The notes under the pieces: model-generated | Seen by the model: only the letters and a program-made list of their open reading frames with translations | Database searches by the model: none | What the model was told of the DNA's origin: nothing | Made by a program: the position numbers and the translations under genes | Assembly: GCA_039096225.1 (NCBI GenBank) | Contig: JBBPEB010000013.1 | Location: 1,302,001-1,366,000 of the forward strand | Length of the DNA stretch: 64,000 nucleotides | Direction: 5' to 3' | DNA from: Blastocystis sp. Blastoise | Taxonomy: Eukaryota; Protista; Bigyra: Opalinata | Shown here: positions 43,868 through 56,295 of the stretch, one piece after another | Numbering within the stretch: the first letter of the stretch is position 1 | How the letters are laid out: each line of letters begins with the position of its first letter

Positions 43868-45000
43868 ATTAATTCAAACTAAGAAATAGTAATGGATAGT
43901 ATAATCCAAATGTCAAAAATATAATCCAAAACACTCCTGCATTTTCAATATTGTTTCCTATCTTTCTATTGGATGAACCATATAAGAATCATAGTCGTTC
44001 ATCTTTAAATCAATTTTTTGGAATTCAATGTTGTCTTTTATATCTATTTGAATATCAACCTTTTGGAGAAAAGTTACTATTGAGGTCTAAGACCTATACA
44101 ATAGAAAATGAATCTACTATTATGATTATAGGGTGACACTTGAGATTTGCTGAAATTGTCTTCTTATTCAAAATAGCTTGCGAATGCTTAAACTATGCAT
44201 ACAACATAATGCATATAATTTTAGGCTTATTTTTATTCTAACTGTTATGGTATCAACAGCAACAAAAATTCAAAAAAAATTATTATTCATTGCAATAATC
44301 ATTACAATTATTATTTTTAAATATGAGAATATTTCTTATATGATATATACTAAATTATTCATAGAAAATGAAACTACTTTTGATAGAATAATAGTTGAAA
44401 AGTCTGTTAATTCCTATAGGATTCAAAATCCATCATTGAATGTAGCACTTGATATATTTATTTATCATAGTAATTATAATATAATAATTTCTTTCATGTT
44501 ATAAAAGAAAATACATCAGACATATTTCTAGAATTATAAGAAATTGAGTTATCAGCATGAGTTTATAATATATTTTATATCATGTATCATTGTATAAATA
44601 GTTCTTGATAGTAGCATAATAATTTTTCAGACTTTAATATTAATTATATTTTTTCATGTTGAAACTAAATTAAATTATACATATATATATTGCTTTTAAT
44701 AAAGAAACAAAAAGAATATTTGTAACATCATAAAATTCATATATTCTTCATTATTAAATAAACAAACTTTTAATAAAAAAGAATGAAATGATTTTTTATG
44801 CTTCTAAGAATTTAATTTTTTTGTCTCTTTCTTACTGATGAAATAAGCATTAAATAAAATATTATAAAATAAAATATATTCAATTTAGTAGATCTACAAT
44901 ATAATGTAGAATAAAAAAAAGAACGAATAGAGAAATAATTCAACTCTTTCACATAAATTCATTTCTTTCGTTTTTTATTTGTAATTTAAATCATTGAGAA

Positions 45001-46008
45001 ATGTCAAGTTTAGCTGCAGCACAAGCTGATGGTTATTATTACCCTCCTGATTGGAGTCCTTCTAGAGGTTCTAAGAATCAATTTCATAAAGTATCTTTAT
45101 TTAATGATTATTTATATTACATATAGTCTCACCCACTTGGACAAAGAGCCAAAAAGATAGATCAAGGTATTATTGTTGTTCGATTTGAAATGCCATACAA
45201 CTGTTGGTGTTTAAATTGTCATGGACATATTGCAAGAGGTGTACGATATAATGCAGAGAAGAAAAAAGTTGGAATGTATTACACAACACCTATATATGAG
45301 TTTTATATGGATTGTCGAATGTGTGGAAGTCCTTTTGTTATTCGTGTTGATCCAAAAACAAGTGATTATATATATGTGAGTGGTGTTAAGAAGAAGGATG
45401 AGTCATTTAATCCAGAAGCTATTGGTTCTTTTACTTATGATACAGATAAAATTATAGAATCAAGAAGTAATGCTATTGCGACATTAGAACATAAAGGAGA
45501 TGATAAAATGAAATCAATACGTGGTATTCCTGAATATGAAAAAATCAAACAACGACAGGATTTACTTTATGATGATGCAGTTGATTTAAGTGCTTTAGCT
45601 CGTAAGAAAATGAGAGAACAACGAAGATCAGATAAGAAACGTGCAGAACAAGCAAAGAATTCTGGGCTTAATATTAAATTACTTCCTACAACAGTTGGAG
45701 ATATTGATCGAGCACAAAATATACACTTTAAACAAAATAAAAAAGCAGATATTGATGAATCTATGAAGAAAAGTCAAATTCTTAGTAACTCCGTTTTTAA
45801 TACAAATAGAAATAAAGATAAAGCGCGTCTTGCAAATGAAATTATTAAGAAACATGTAAACTATAAGAACTTCAAGCCCATTGTTGAAAATAAACAACAA
45901 ACTTTATTCCCTAAGATCAAAGCATTACATAAAAAAGAAAGTTTAAATCAAAGTAAAAACCAATTGAATCTTCTAGGAAATCTTTATGATTCTGATGATT
46001 CCAGTTAA
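45001..46008 (+). CDS. CCDC130: CCDC130/YJU2B (Saf4/Yju2 family) splicing factor
   Basis: MSSLAAAQADGYYYPPDW..|SHPLGQRAKKIDQGIIVVRFEMPYNCWCLNC..GVRYNAEKKKVGMYYTTPIY..CRMC. Intron 45091-45126. Confidence 0.92.
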
Positions 46009-46251
46009 ATCGTTGATTCATTTATAGAAAAAATAAATTATATCTACATTTTTTTATATTCATAATATCATGATGATACTGTATAATATATTAATGTTGT
46101 GATATTTATGATATTATTATTTTTTTTTATATTAAAAAAAATTTGTTTGTCAAAGAAAAACCCTCCTTTTGTTTTATTTAAAAAAATATATAATTTGAAA
46201 ATGATTATTAAAAAAGTATATCCATTTATAAAACTTATTTATATTATCATA

Positions 46252-47392
46252 ATGAACAGATACGAAATTCTTTCAAAGGTGAATCGTGCATTTGTTCTTG
46301 AAGATGTCACCAATCAAGTATAATTCAAGAGGTTTTTCCATATTTTATAATACCAAACGATCTATAGAAAATAAAACAAAGGAAAAAAGAGTCTTTATCA
46401 AAGAAAGACCTTAAATCAAAACCCCATGTATTTTCTTAATATAATGCTTTTCATTGCCAAAGGTAACTTTTGCCGAGAGAGAGCCTCAAGTTTTTGAATT
46501 CATTCGTGATGATGCAGTAAACATAAATTTTATATAGAATAATACACATAGATCTCTCCCATCATTGATCCAAAAAGTAGAATAAAATACAATATATGTA
46601 TATCTCATTCTGTATCTTTTTAAATAATAAATGTTCAGTTAATCGACGAGACAGTTTATCTCCTTTCTCAGAAAAGAAACGGTCAATCATTGTATATATA
46701 TCTGTTTCAATTGATACTAGTTATATAGCAACCTAATATATCCCAAACTACAAGTTTTTTTCATATATTTAAACCAAAGACTAAAGCATTGCATATATAT
46801 GGAAAAGCAGCCAGAGAATTAGGTAATTAAGCTTTATATATATAAACTATTTTTTGTATAGTACATCCTTCAAATGAGTCACAAAATGATACTAGTTTAT
46901 CGAGTATATATAGAAATAAAATTATTATGATATATATAAATAGATTTATCATTTAATATATTGAATGAGTCTGTAGATAAACTTTTGGATAGTACAAATT
47001 CTACAAGTAACGATTCATTATCTTTTTCTCCAGTATCTGATTTTCAACTGATCTCAGACTCAATTCATTCTTTCTCTTCAGACGATGATCTATCTTGGAT
47101 TCAAATAGATTCTCTAGACTCACCAAAAGATTCACAACAATCTCTTCAAAAAACTTCAATTGAAAACAAAACAGAAGCAATAGAAAACACATATAAGTCA
47201 CAAGCGATATCTGAAATTCCTATTTCAACACAACATATAATTCAACCATGTTCGTTATCTCTTCTGTTTCCAAAACAACATCGAAAGTACAAATTTGTTC
47301 GTATGCAACTTGAGGTTGACTTGAATAAAATATATCTTTTAAATAATATATTCACTAAAAACAAATTATTAGCATTATTTAATTTTCTTTAA
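46252..47392 (+). CDS. Hypothetical protein with D-box-like (LEDVTN) and RVxF-like (KPHVTF) motifs
   Basis: Eight exons joined by phase-compatible GT-AG introns from ATG 46252. No domain recognised. Confidence 0.55.
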
Positions 47393-47815
47393 TTATGAAC
47401 ACCTCAAGACTCCTTGCAGCTCTTATTATAAAAGTGCATAATCTAAACGAAAAATGTTCATAAACTACTGTTAGATAAAGAAAATTATTCTTTGTTTTGT
47501 TTATGTTCTTCATGATTAAGGAAGCATTGTCATTTCAAGTATCTCCGTATTTCCCTATATTTGTAAATAATCTTCTGGAAAATAATTGAATCTATCGAGT
47601 TTTGTGGGAAAGTCAAACGTTTCAGGAATTAAGATAAAATAATCAAGGGGAAAAAGTTAGTTATGAAAAACTTTTCTAATTAAGTGTGTATACGAAGTTA
47701 TTAAGTTTGTTTTGTGTCCTTCTATTGTTTCAAGTATATTATTTAAACCTAATATTTCCTTACTAAATAGAATCGTTGAATTATATTATCTATTTATTTC
47801 TTTTCATTAGATTAA

Positions 47816-48351
47816 ATGTCGTCAGATAATATTAAACTGAAGAGTATTGATGGTAAAGAATTTACTGTACGTAAAGAAGTTATTTTCATGTCTGAATATA
47901 TCAAAGAACTTGTAAAAGATGAAGAAGGAGAAGTTGTTGTTCCTGCAGTAAATATTCGTGGAGATATATTATCTAAAGTTATTGACTTCTGTGAACATCA
48001 TTACAATAATCCCATGCCAGAAATTGAGAAACCACTTAAGAGTGTGAATATGAAGGAAAATACTGATGAATGGGATGCTAACTTTATTGAAGTTGATGAT
48101 GATACTTTATCAAAGATTGTTATTGCTTCTAATTTACTCATTATTCGTAGTCTTCTTGATTTAGCTTGTGCTAAGTATGCTAGCTTAATTAAAGATAAGA
48201 AACCTGAAGAAATTAGAGCTAGATTTAATATTCCTAACGATTTTACTCCTGAAGAAGAAAGCAGAGTATATAGTTATTGTTATGATTATGATTATTTTTA
48301 TATTTTTGTATATAGGTACGAGAAGAAAATAAATGGGCTGAAGAAATGTAA
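47816..48351 (+). CDS. SKP1: SKP1, SCF ubiquitin ligase adaptor
   Basis: IKLKSIDGKEF, ILSKVIDFCEHH, EIEKPL, WDANFI, LLDLAC, EEIRARFNIPNDFTPEEE|VREENKW. Intron 48266-48315. Confidence 0.97.
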
Positions 48352-48556
48352 TGCTCTCCGTTTTTTTCTTAATTATTATTTATTTGTCATTATGATTACT
48401 AGTTTTTAATTATAACAATTGTTGTTGTTTTATTGTTTTTAACATATATAGCTTTTAAATATAAAAAAAATCAATAGATAATAATAAACAAAATATAACA
48501 GAAAATGATCCTAGTATTCAACCAATATATTTTATATACATGATTTAAGAATGACT

Positions 48557-49781
48557 CTATTTATTTTGAATTGATTCCATAAAATGATTTAGAGCTTCTT
48601 CAGTATTCATTAGTTTTATTTCATAATTATCCTGTTGTTTGAGTTGTTCAGATAATCTAAAATGTATAGAATTTAATAATGTAATATAAATAATAATAAT
48701 TATTATTCTTATTGAAATAATAAGTAGTAGTCATCAAAATAATCTTAATAGAAATAATACTAACATAAATGTCTATTAAAGTATTTATTACACTTAATTG
48801 AATTTATTATATATATATACCTCTCTATTTTATTTTGAAATAATGTAGAATTCTGTTCGATATGTGTTTGAATATCAGAAAGAAAACAACTAAATACACT
48901 TTCAACATCTTCTTGTACTTCTATATAATAATATTAATATTATTATATATATTATTAAATTCATTTAATGAACAATAAATACTTCCAAGAAGGCTCTCTA
49001 GTTTCTCCTGTATTAACTTATGTCGCTCCTTATACTCAGCTATAATAATAAAAACAATAAATATCTTAATAATATAAATATAATAATAACAATAATAATA
49101 GTAATAATAATCATTATCATCATATAATATAACATCAATAAAATATAAGTTTTGCTATTCTATATTTAACGAATAACATAAAGTATATACATAATGAATT
49201 ATTCATATTTATTTCTAAATCTCCTATATATTAAGAATAATCAAAGAAACCTATCATATACCATTAAAAGAAGTTTCTTCTTTTTCGGAATGAATCTAAA
49301 TATATATATATACTTATGAATAATAACAATTTAACATAATACTTTAGACTGTGAATCCTGTATTTCAGAAAGATATGCAGATTCCTCAGAATGTTCTTCA
49401 GTATGTGCTTGTAGATCTGATGTATCATGATTTTTTTCTTTTATAGAGATCTCTAGATTCTTTTCTTCCTGAAAAACAAATGATATACATAATAGAAATA
49501 AAAATAAGAAATGAAATATAATACACTCTCCATCTTCATTCTTTTTGAGTCTTTATCATTAGGCAATTCTATTGAAGATAAATCAGAAGTATTGAATTGT
49601 CCAAAACGATTCTGAATACTTTGACGCTTTATAGATGGAACTATCAAAAAGTTTTTTTAATTCCTAACAATGAATACTAAGTTTATATACATGTTTGAAA
49701 TTTTATATTCGATAGAGACGGTGGATTAACTCCTAAAGACTTTATACCATCTTTCGTATCCTTATTATCTACAGGGAACAT
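48557..49781 (-). CDS. Hypothetical protein with a C-terminal coiled coil
   Basis: Eight short exons with consistent GT-AG phases from ATG 49781 to TAG 48557. No family recognised. Confidence 0.5.
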
Positions 49782-50207
49782 GCAATACAATACGTTGATC
49801 AGAATAAGAGATAAAACAATGCATCAAAAGGGACAAAACCTTCAAAATCATTTTCCCTCTTTTCTTTTTTATAGATTCCTTATTTAATACTTTTTGTACG
49901 TATTAATAAAGAACGCATACTATCAAGAAAATATATTTATTTTATCATTTTCAACAGATAATGACATTCGAGACAAAATTATAGTTTAATTTGTCCGATA
50001 AACTATTTTTTCAACATATACAACGCATGCAATACTACATAATGTATTCTTTTATAGTAATTAAACTCATACTAGAAAGATAATGCAAAAAAAACTGGCA
50101 TTCATGGTTTTTTCTCAAAATTCAGTGTGAAGAAACTTCTAGTAGAGTTTCATCAAGAATTAAATACCATTTAGAATTAATATCTTAATTACTTAAACAA
50201 ATTAAAT

Positions 50208-51526
50208 ATGAAGATTATTATTAATAACGTAAAGAATCAAAAATTCGAACTTGATATCGGTTCTGGCGTCACAGTATTTCAATTTGAACATCTTTAATAT
50301 TTAATAATATCTATTTTTATGATATCACATTCCACAGTATCTTAAATCACATATCTATTAGGTTTTACAACTGAAAGAATTAATTAATTCACAAAAAGGT
50401 TACGAGGTGTTGAATCAATCTATCATCTATAAAGGTAAAGTCATTAATGATTCAGTTATGATTGATGAGGCTAATTATCCTGAGAAATCTGTGTTTTTCT
50501 GTTTTGTAAAGAATGTCAAATTACCTCCTAAACCTGTTACTCCTGCTCCCCAAGCTCCCATTACAACCCCTGTTAAACCTACAATTGTCACTCCTCCTCA
50601 AACTTCTATAGCTCCCCAAGCTCCTATAGACATAGATATCGATATTGATGTGGATAATAAGCATGAACAAAATTCTATTAATACTCCTGTTGTTAATAAT
50701 CCTGTTGTTAGTAATCCTACTGTCCCTACTGTTCCTACTGTTCCTACTGTTCCTACTGTTCCTACTGTTCCTGCTGTTCCTACTTCCATTGAGAATGATC
50801 CTATGTTTCGTATATATATATTTTATTTATTTTTATTATGTCTATTGATATGAGAATTATATATATCTCCATTATACTATTGGAGCAACTATATATATAT
50901 ATATTTTTTTAATATGATTACATCAGTCTCTATCTCTTTTCTCTATAGCAGAAAGTGTCAAGAAACTCACAGATATGGGATTCCCGGAAGAACAAAGCAA
51001 GCAAGCTCTTGTATATAGAATATAATATTATACTATTATAATATAGAATATAATATTATACTATTATAATATAGAATATAGATTATACTGTTAACTATTA
51101 TATACTATTATACTATATAATATATTATAGATAGCTGCACATGGTACAATAGAATTAGCTATAAGTTACTTATATGATGGTATCCCCCTAACTGCCGTTT
51201 CTAATCATCCTAAGGCCACTATCGATATGCCCGCGTCTTCTCCTGCCGCCAAACAGCCCGAAGATACTCCAATTGACCCTAATGGTATATATATATATAG
51301 AAATAATAATAAATATTCAATTAATATAATCATTAATATATATTATTCATTATTGTTTATGATTTAAATATAGTTTATATGTATATCTATAGATTATAAG
51401 TCATTATTCAGCGCCTTTCAGCACTCTCCTATGTATCCCTCAGTTAAGGCCATATTAAACGAACAACCCACGGGAATTGAGGTCATTCTCAAACAACTTA
51501 AAGAAACTAACCAACCTTTATATCAA

Positions 51527-51606
<80 letters not shown>

Positions 51607-51652
51607 GGCTGCTATGGATCATCAAGAAGAATTTATTGAAATGCTTAATACG

Positions 51653-51704
<52 letters not shown>

Positions 51705-52668
51705 GCTGCTAGTGATGTTCCCGCGGGAATGGATGATGTTTCCTCAGAAACTATTGCGTATATATATTATATATATATATTAATTATTCACAATTATATA
51801 TAATACTATTATAATATCTTATATATATAGTTCTTTAATGCACAATCCAGAGATTATTGGTTCTCTCTCTCAGATGACGGGCTATCCTGTAGAACGACTC
51901 ACTTCGATGTCCCCTGAGGAATTCATGGGCATCTTCTCGGCTGTTACCAACAGTATATACACATTCTATATATATATATATATAATTCTTTCTATAGTTT
52001 TCTATTTTTATTATAATTATTATTCTTTATAATTTTTATTGTTTCTCATCTAGTTATATATATATATATAATTCTTTCTATAGTTTTCTCTTTTTATTGT
52101 AATTATTATTCTTTATAATTTTTATTGTTACTCATCTAGTTATATATATATATATATATATAGCTCTTAATTCTCTTAAGAATATGCAAGGAGGAGAGAT
52201 GGGATTAGATGAAGATGATGAAGATCATGATATTCCCGTGGGAAATGGAGCTGTTCCTTCCGATTCTGAAGATATGGGGGATGCTCCTCTTCCTCCTTAT
52301 GCACCTCAACGTATACAAGTAGATTTATCAGAAGAAGATATATTAGCTGTTCATAGAGTATTCATTTATTAATTATTTATATTCATTATTTTATTCTATA
52401 TTTATGTTTATTGTTTTATTCTATATTTATGTTCATTATTTATTATTTATTATGTTCATTATTTTGTTCTATACTTATATTTATTGTTTTATTCAATATT
52501 ATATAAGACTTGTTTTTATTTATAATAATAATAGTATTTATTTTTTTCTATATTATATATATATAGTTAATGGAACTTGGTTTCTCTGAACAACAATGTA
52601 TAGAAGCTTATTTAGTATGTGATAAAGATGAAAATAATGCTGCAAATTTCTTATTTGGAGGCTTTTAA
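50208..52668 (+). CDS. RAD23: RAD23 UBL-UBA ubiquitin shuttle
   Basis: N-terminal UBL (QKFELDI..VLQLKELI..IIYKGKVIND), UBA1 (LTDMGFPEEQSKQAL..AISYLYDGIP), XPC-binding-like region, UBA2 (RLMELGFSEQQCIEAYLVCDKDENNAANFL). Canonical introns. Confidence 0.93.
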
Positions 52669-53114
52669 ACTGCTTAAAAATTTAACATTTATTTATATGT
52701 TTGTATATATTTATTGTTTGTGCTTATATTTTATTCAGTATAGTTTTTTGTTTTGTTTTTTGAATTATTCACATTGTGTATATATTCTTTTTTTAAATAA
52801 ATTAATTCAAATCTTGTTGCTCAATACGTTTCATTTAAATGAATTCTTGAGAATATAAGAATAAAAGTATTAAAAAAAATTTTTGTTTAATAAAAATTGT
52901 TATTCTATCTATTATATAGCAAAACAAAGAAAGAAAAGAAATTCTACGATGAGAATGAATGAAATTATATACATAAAAGAGTTAGAAAGGTAAAGCTGTA
53001 AAAACAAAAAAAACAAAGAACGAATCACATAAATTCTTTTAAAACAATAAAAAATATTATAGAATTATACATTAAAAAGGTGAAAAATGAAAGTGAAGAA
53101 TATGTGTATATTCG

Positions 53115-54065
53115 TTATAAGTTAGATTGGAAGGGATTCGCTTGAGCAACAGGATTTGAATATTGAGATTGAGAATTAGCAACAGGAGCACCAAAAGCTA
53201 TATAAATAACATAAATATAATAATAATAAATAATATAATAATAATGCATATATATATATATAACATACACATATTAGCTTGAGGAGCATCGGTATAAGCA
53301 CCCATAGACACTTCTTTCTCTATATCAGCCATTTCTGACTCAATATCCATATCCATATTATCATAAGTATAATAAATATAATAATAATAAACATAAACAT
53401 ATAATAATAAATATAATAATAAATATAAATATATACGTATAATTTTGACTTAAAACTTCATTAATTTCTTGTTGTTTATCTCTTAATTCAGACATTTGAT
53501 CTTGAATATCATAAAATTCATCATCATGTAAACCAGTGAAATTCTTGGACATAACACCAACGGCTTGTTTCATAATATCTAATTGAGCCTTTTGGGCATC
53601 CATTTGTTCGACAGTAGCAACAGTATTATCAATACAATTGTTAATATTACCATAAGTAGATAATTGTTGCTTAAGATTACGTTTCTTTTGTAATAAAGAA
53701 AGAAGAAGATAGTAAAATATATTAATTTTTAAAAAACTAAATATTAAAAACTGAAACATAAACTGAAACATATATATACAGTCATAATACGGCTCCTAAT
53801 ACTCTCATATTGATAACCCTTAGCAGTAGAGAGTTGTATTTGGAATCTAAATAAAGAATATGTTTAAACAAATTTAGAAAACTTGAATGAATAATAATAT
53901 AAAAAGTAAATACCCTTTTATTTGAGCCTCGATATCATCAAGTTGCTTGTATAAATTTTCAACTTTAGTATTAATTCTATCACTATGCTTATAAAGATCA
54001 TCCATGTTTAAATTAGGTTCTTCAACTTTAGGTTGTTCCTTCTTATGACCGAAAATTCTGTTCAT
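53115..54065 (-). CDS. VPS60: VPS60/CHMP5 ESCRT-III (Snf7 family) protein
   Basis: MNRIFGHKK, LLQKKRNLKQQ, DIQDQMSEL..EINEVLSQNY, DIESEM. Four introns, two without a usable AG acceptor (see findings). Confidence 0.85.
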
Positions 54066-54191
54066 GATTAATTAATAACTTTAGTATACGATAAAAGCAA
54101 AAAATAATTAAAATATTTATCAAAAATTTGTATTTTTATTCTATTTGATAGTCAGTTCGTTTCTTCTTTTAAGAGTCAGTAAGGAGACATA

Positions 54192-55617
54192 CAATCAGTG
54201 CCAAAACCTGACAACCCTTATCGTTTTCAATAGTTACGGGGAATTTTTTGACGCGGTTTTTTTTGTTTGAATTGTAATAACATGTAGAATATATTCTAGA
54301 AATTTCTAGAATATATAATTAGTGGTTTTGGAAAAACAGAAATTTTAATTGGAACACAATTACTCTGAGACCTTTTTTAACCCTTTAAAAATAGTTTTAT
54401 TCTTTAAAAATAAGTTGTGTATGGGTAAATACGTCGTTATAACTGAAAGAGAGTTTAGAAAGATGATAAGAGACGGGTACACGGATGAACAGATTGCCAT
54501 TCATTTTCATTGTTCGCTTAGAACTGTTGCCCGTAGAAGGTCCCAATACAATATGTCCAAGTCAACTAAGAAAGGTGGAAGACCACAAGTTTTAACTCCT
54601 TCTAATTTACGAGAAATCAATAATATTGTCCCAAAAAGCTCTGAGAACTCTAGCGTTTTATTGGATATCTTCCAAAAGAAAACCGGTACTCATGTCTCAA
54701 AAAGGTCCTTTATTAGAGGACTCCATGCTGTTGGTTACGTCGCCAAAAAGAAGCTTCATAAACCACTCATATCGGAGAAAAATAGAAAAGTCCGATTGGA
54801 TTGGTGTTTAAAATACCGAAATATGCCAATAAGTTTCTGGGAAAACGTCCTCTGGTCTGACGAGTGTTCTATTAGAACACATCAATCAACCTTTCAAGAA
54901 TACTATTGGAAGAAACCTGGTTCTCCAAATAAGCCGTCAGAAATCATTCCAACCATGAAAAACGATGGAAAATCGATTATGATTTGGGGATGTATGACGC
55001 AACATGGTGCTGGTCAAATGGAGGTCCTTGATGGTCATGTGACATCATTAAAGTATGGAGAAACTCTTGGTCGAACTCTTCCGTCAACCGTGGAAAAATT
55101 GCAAATTGACCCCAAAACTATGGTATTCCAACAGGATAATGCTCCTATTCACAAGTCAAAAAAGATGAATAGTTTCTTTAAAACTGCTCAACTTACAGTG
55201 ATTGATTGGCCTCCACAGTCCCCAGACCTTAATCCCATTGAACATCTTTGGGTCTATATTAAAAGAAGATTACAAAGAAATTCCCATTGCGGATATACTT
55301 TGAGTCAACTAAAGGTCGAAGTTGACAAGATATGGAGGTCAATACCTGTAAATGTATGTGAAAGGCTTGTTTTATCAATGCCGAAAAGAATTGAGGCAGT
55401 AATAGCCAATAATGGTGGATTTACAAGATATTAATATTTGTGTTTCAATTCAAAAAAATGGTTTTTTAAATTTTTTTCCATGACGCTTATTTGTTTTGTT
55501 TCCCTGTTTTAATAGTCAATACAACCTTTGATGACAAATGACTTAATAAAAAAAAAACAAAGAAAAACTCGCCAGTTTAAAAAAAAAACCGAGGTTGTCA
55601 GGTTTTGGCACTGATTG
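54192..55617 (+). mobile_element. Intact Tc1/mariner DNA transposon (1426 bp)
   Basis: Perfect 25-bp TIRs CAATCAGTGCCAAAACCTGACAACC (54192-54216) and its reverse complement (55593-55617). TA target-site duplication on both sides. Confidence 0.97.
54421..55434 (+). CDS. Tc1 transposase, DD34E
   Basis: Intronless 337-aa ORF with HTH, GGRP, WSDE, IMIWGC, FQQDNAPIH and WPPQSPDLNPIE. There are 34 residues between the second D and the E. Confidence 0.97.
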   Translation: MGKYVVITEREFRKMIRDGYTDEQIAIHFHCSLRTVARRRSQYNMSKSTKKGGRPQVLTPSNLREINNIVPKSSENSSVLLDIFQKKTGTHVSKRSFIRGLHAVGYVAKKKLHKPLISEKNRKVRLDWCLKYRNMPISFWENVLWSDECSIRTHQSTFQEYYWKKPGSPNKPSEIIPTMKNDGKSIMIWGCMTQHGAGQMEVLDGHVTSLKYGETLGRTLPSTVEKLQIDPKTMVFQQDNAPIHKSKKMNSFFKTAQLTVIDWPPQSPDLNPIEHLWVYIKRRLQRNSHCGYTLSQLKVEVDKIWRSIPVNVCERLVLSMPKRIEAVIANNGGFTRY

Positions 55618-55977
55618 TATATAACGAAATGACACCCTTCTTTACTAGTATTTCTCCTGAAAAACTGGTCATAATAATTACGGTTATTTTTAAATTGTTA
55701 TTGAATATTCTCGTAGATTTTCGAGATAAAGACTAGATATCAAATGATTTCTCAAGTTTAGGGAACATTTAATGATATGGACGCCTATTTAATTTGGGAG
55801 AATAACTAGTTTTTTATGTGTTTTAGTCAATCTTTTGATCATATACAGTTTTTAAAATTACTATTTTTGAATGTAATTTGTATGTTTTTTCATTGTAAGA
55901 AGTTATATGAATCCATCTGAATCGTAATCTTGTCTTACCACCTTACATATATCCATGACAGAATCAAAATTTCAGTA

Positions 55978-56050
55978 GACTCCGTAGTGCAGTGGCAAAC
56001 ACGCTCGCCTGACACGCGAGAGATCCCGAGTTCAATCCTCGGCGGAGTCA
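55978..56050 (+). tRNA. tRNA-Val, anticodon GAC
   Basis: Acceptor GACTCCG/CGGAGTC-A; anticodon arm CTCGC-CTGACAC-GCGAG; T-arm CCGAG-TTCAATC-CTCGG; oligo-T Pol III terminator immediately 3'. Confidence 0.95.
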
Positions 56051-56295
56051 TTTTTATTTTTTTTAAATATTTTTTTGGGTGGTCAACAAACAATGATGAT
56101 GAATTCTATGTCACCGATTCTAGACATCTGATTTGCTAAGTACATCAATTTTGTTTCAAAAATAGTCAAAACCATTCACTTCCTGTTTATATTGAGGCGC
56201 CTCTTCTTTCGGAAATCCATGTTTTGTTGTTTTTCTGAGGCAGATATGTATTATTTTTTCATATACTATTGAATTTCTTTAAATTAAACTGAGAA

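Noticed and set aside
45091-45126. CCDC130 intron as U12 GT-AG type (GTATCTTT)
   Set aside because: It mismatches GTATCCTT and has no convincing U12 branch point.
51970-52145. ~85-bp tandem duplication in a RAD23 intron
   Set aside because: It is an ordinary local intronic duplication with no effect on the frame.
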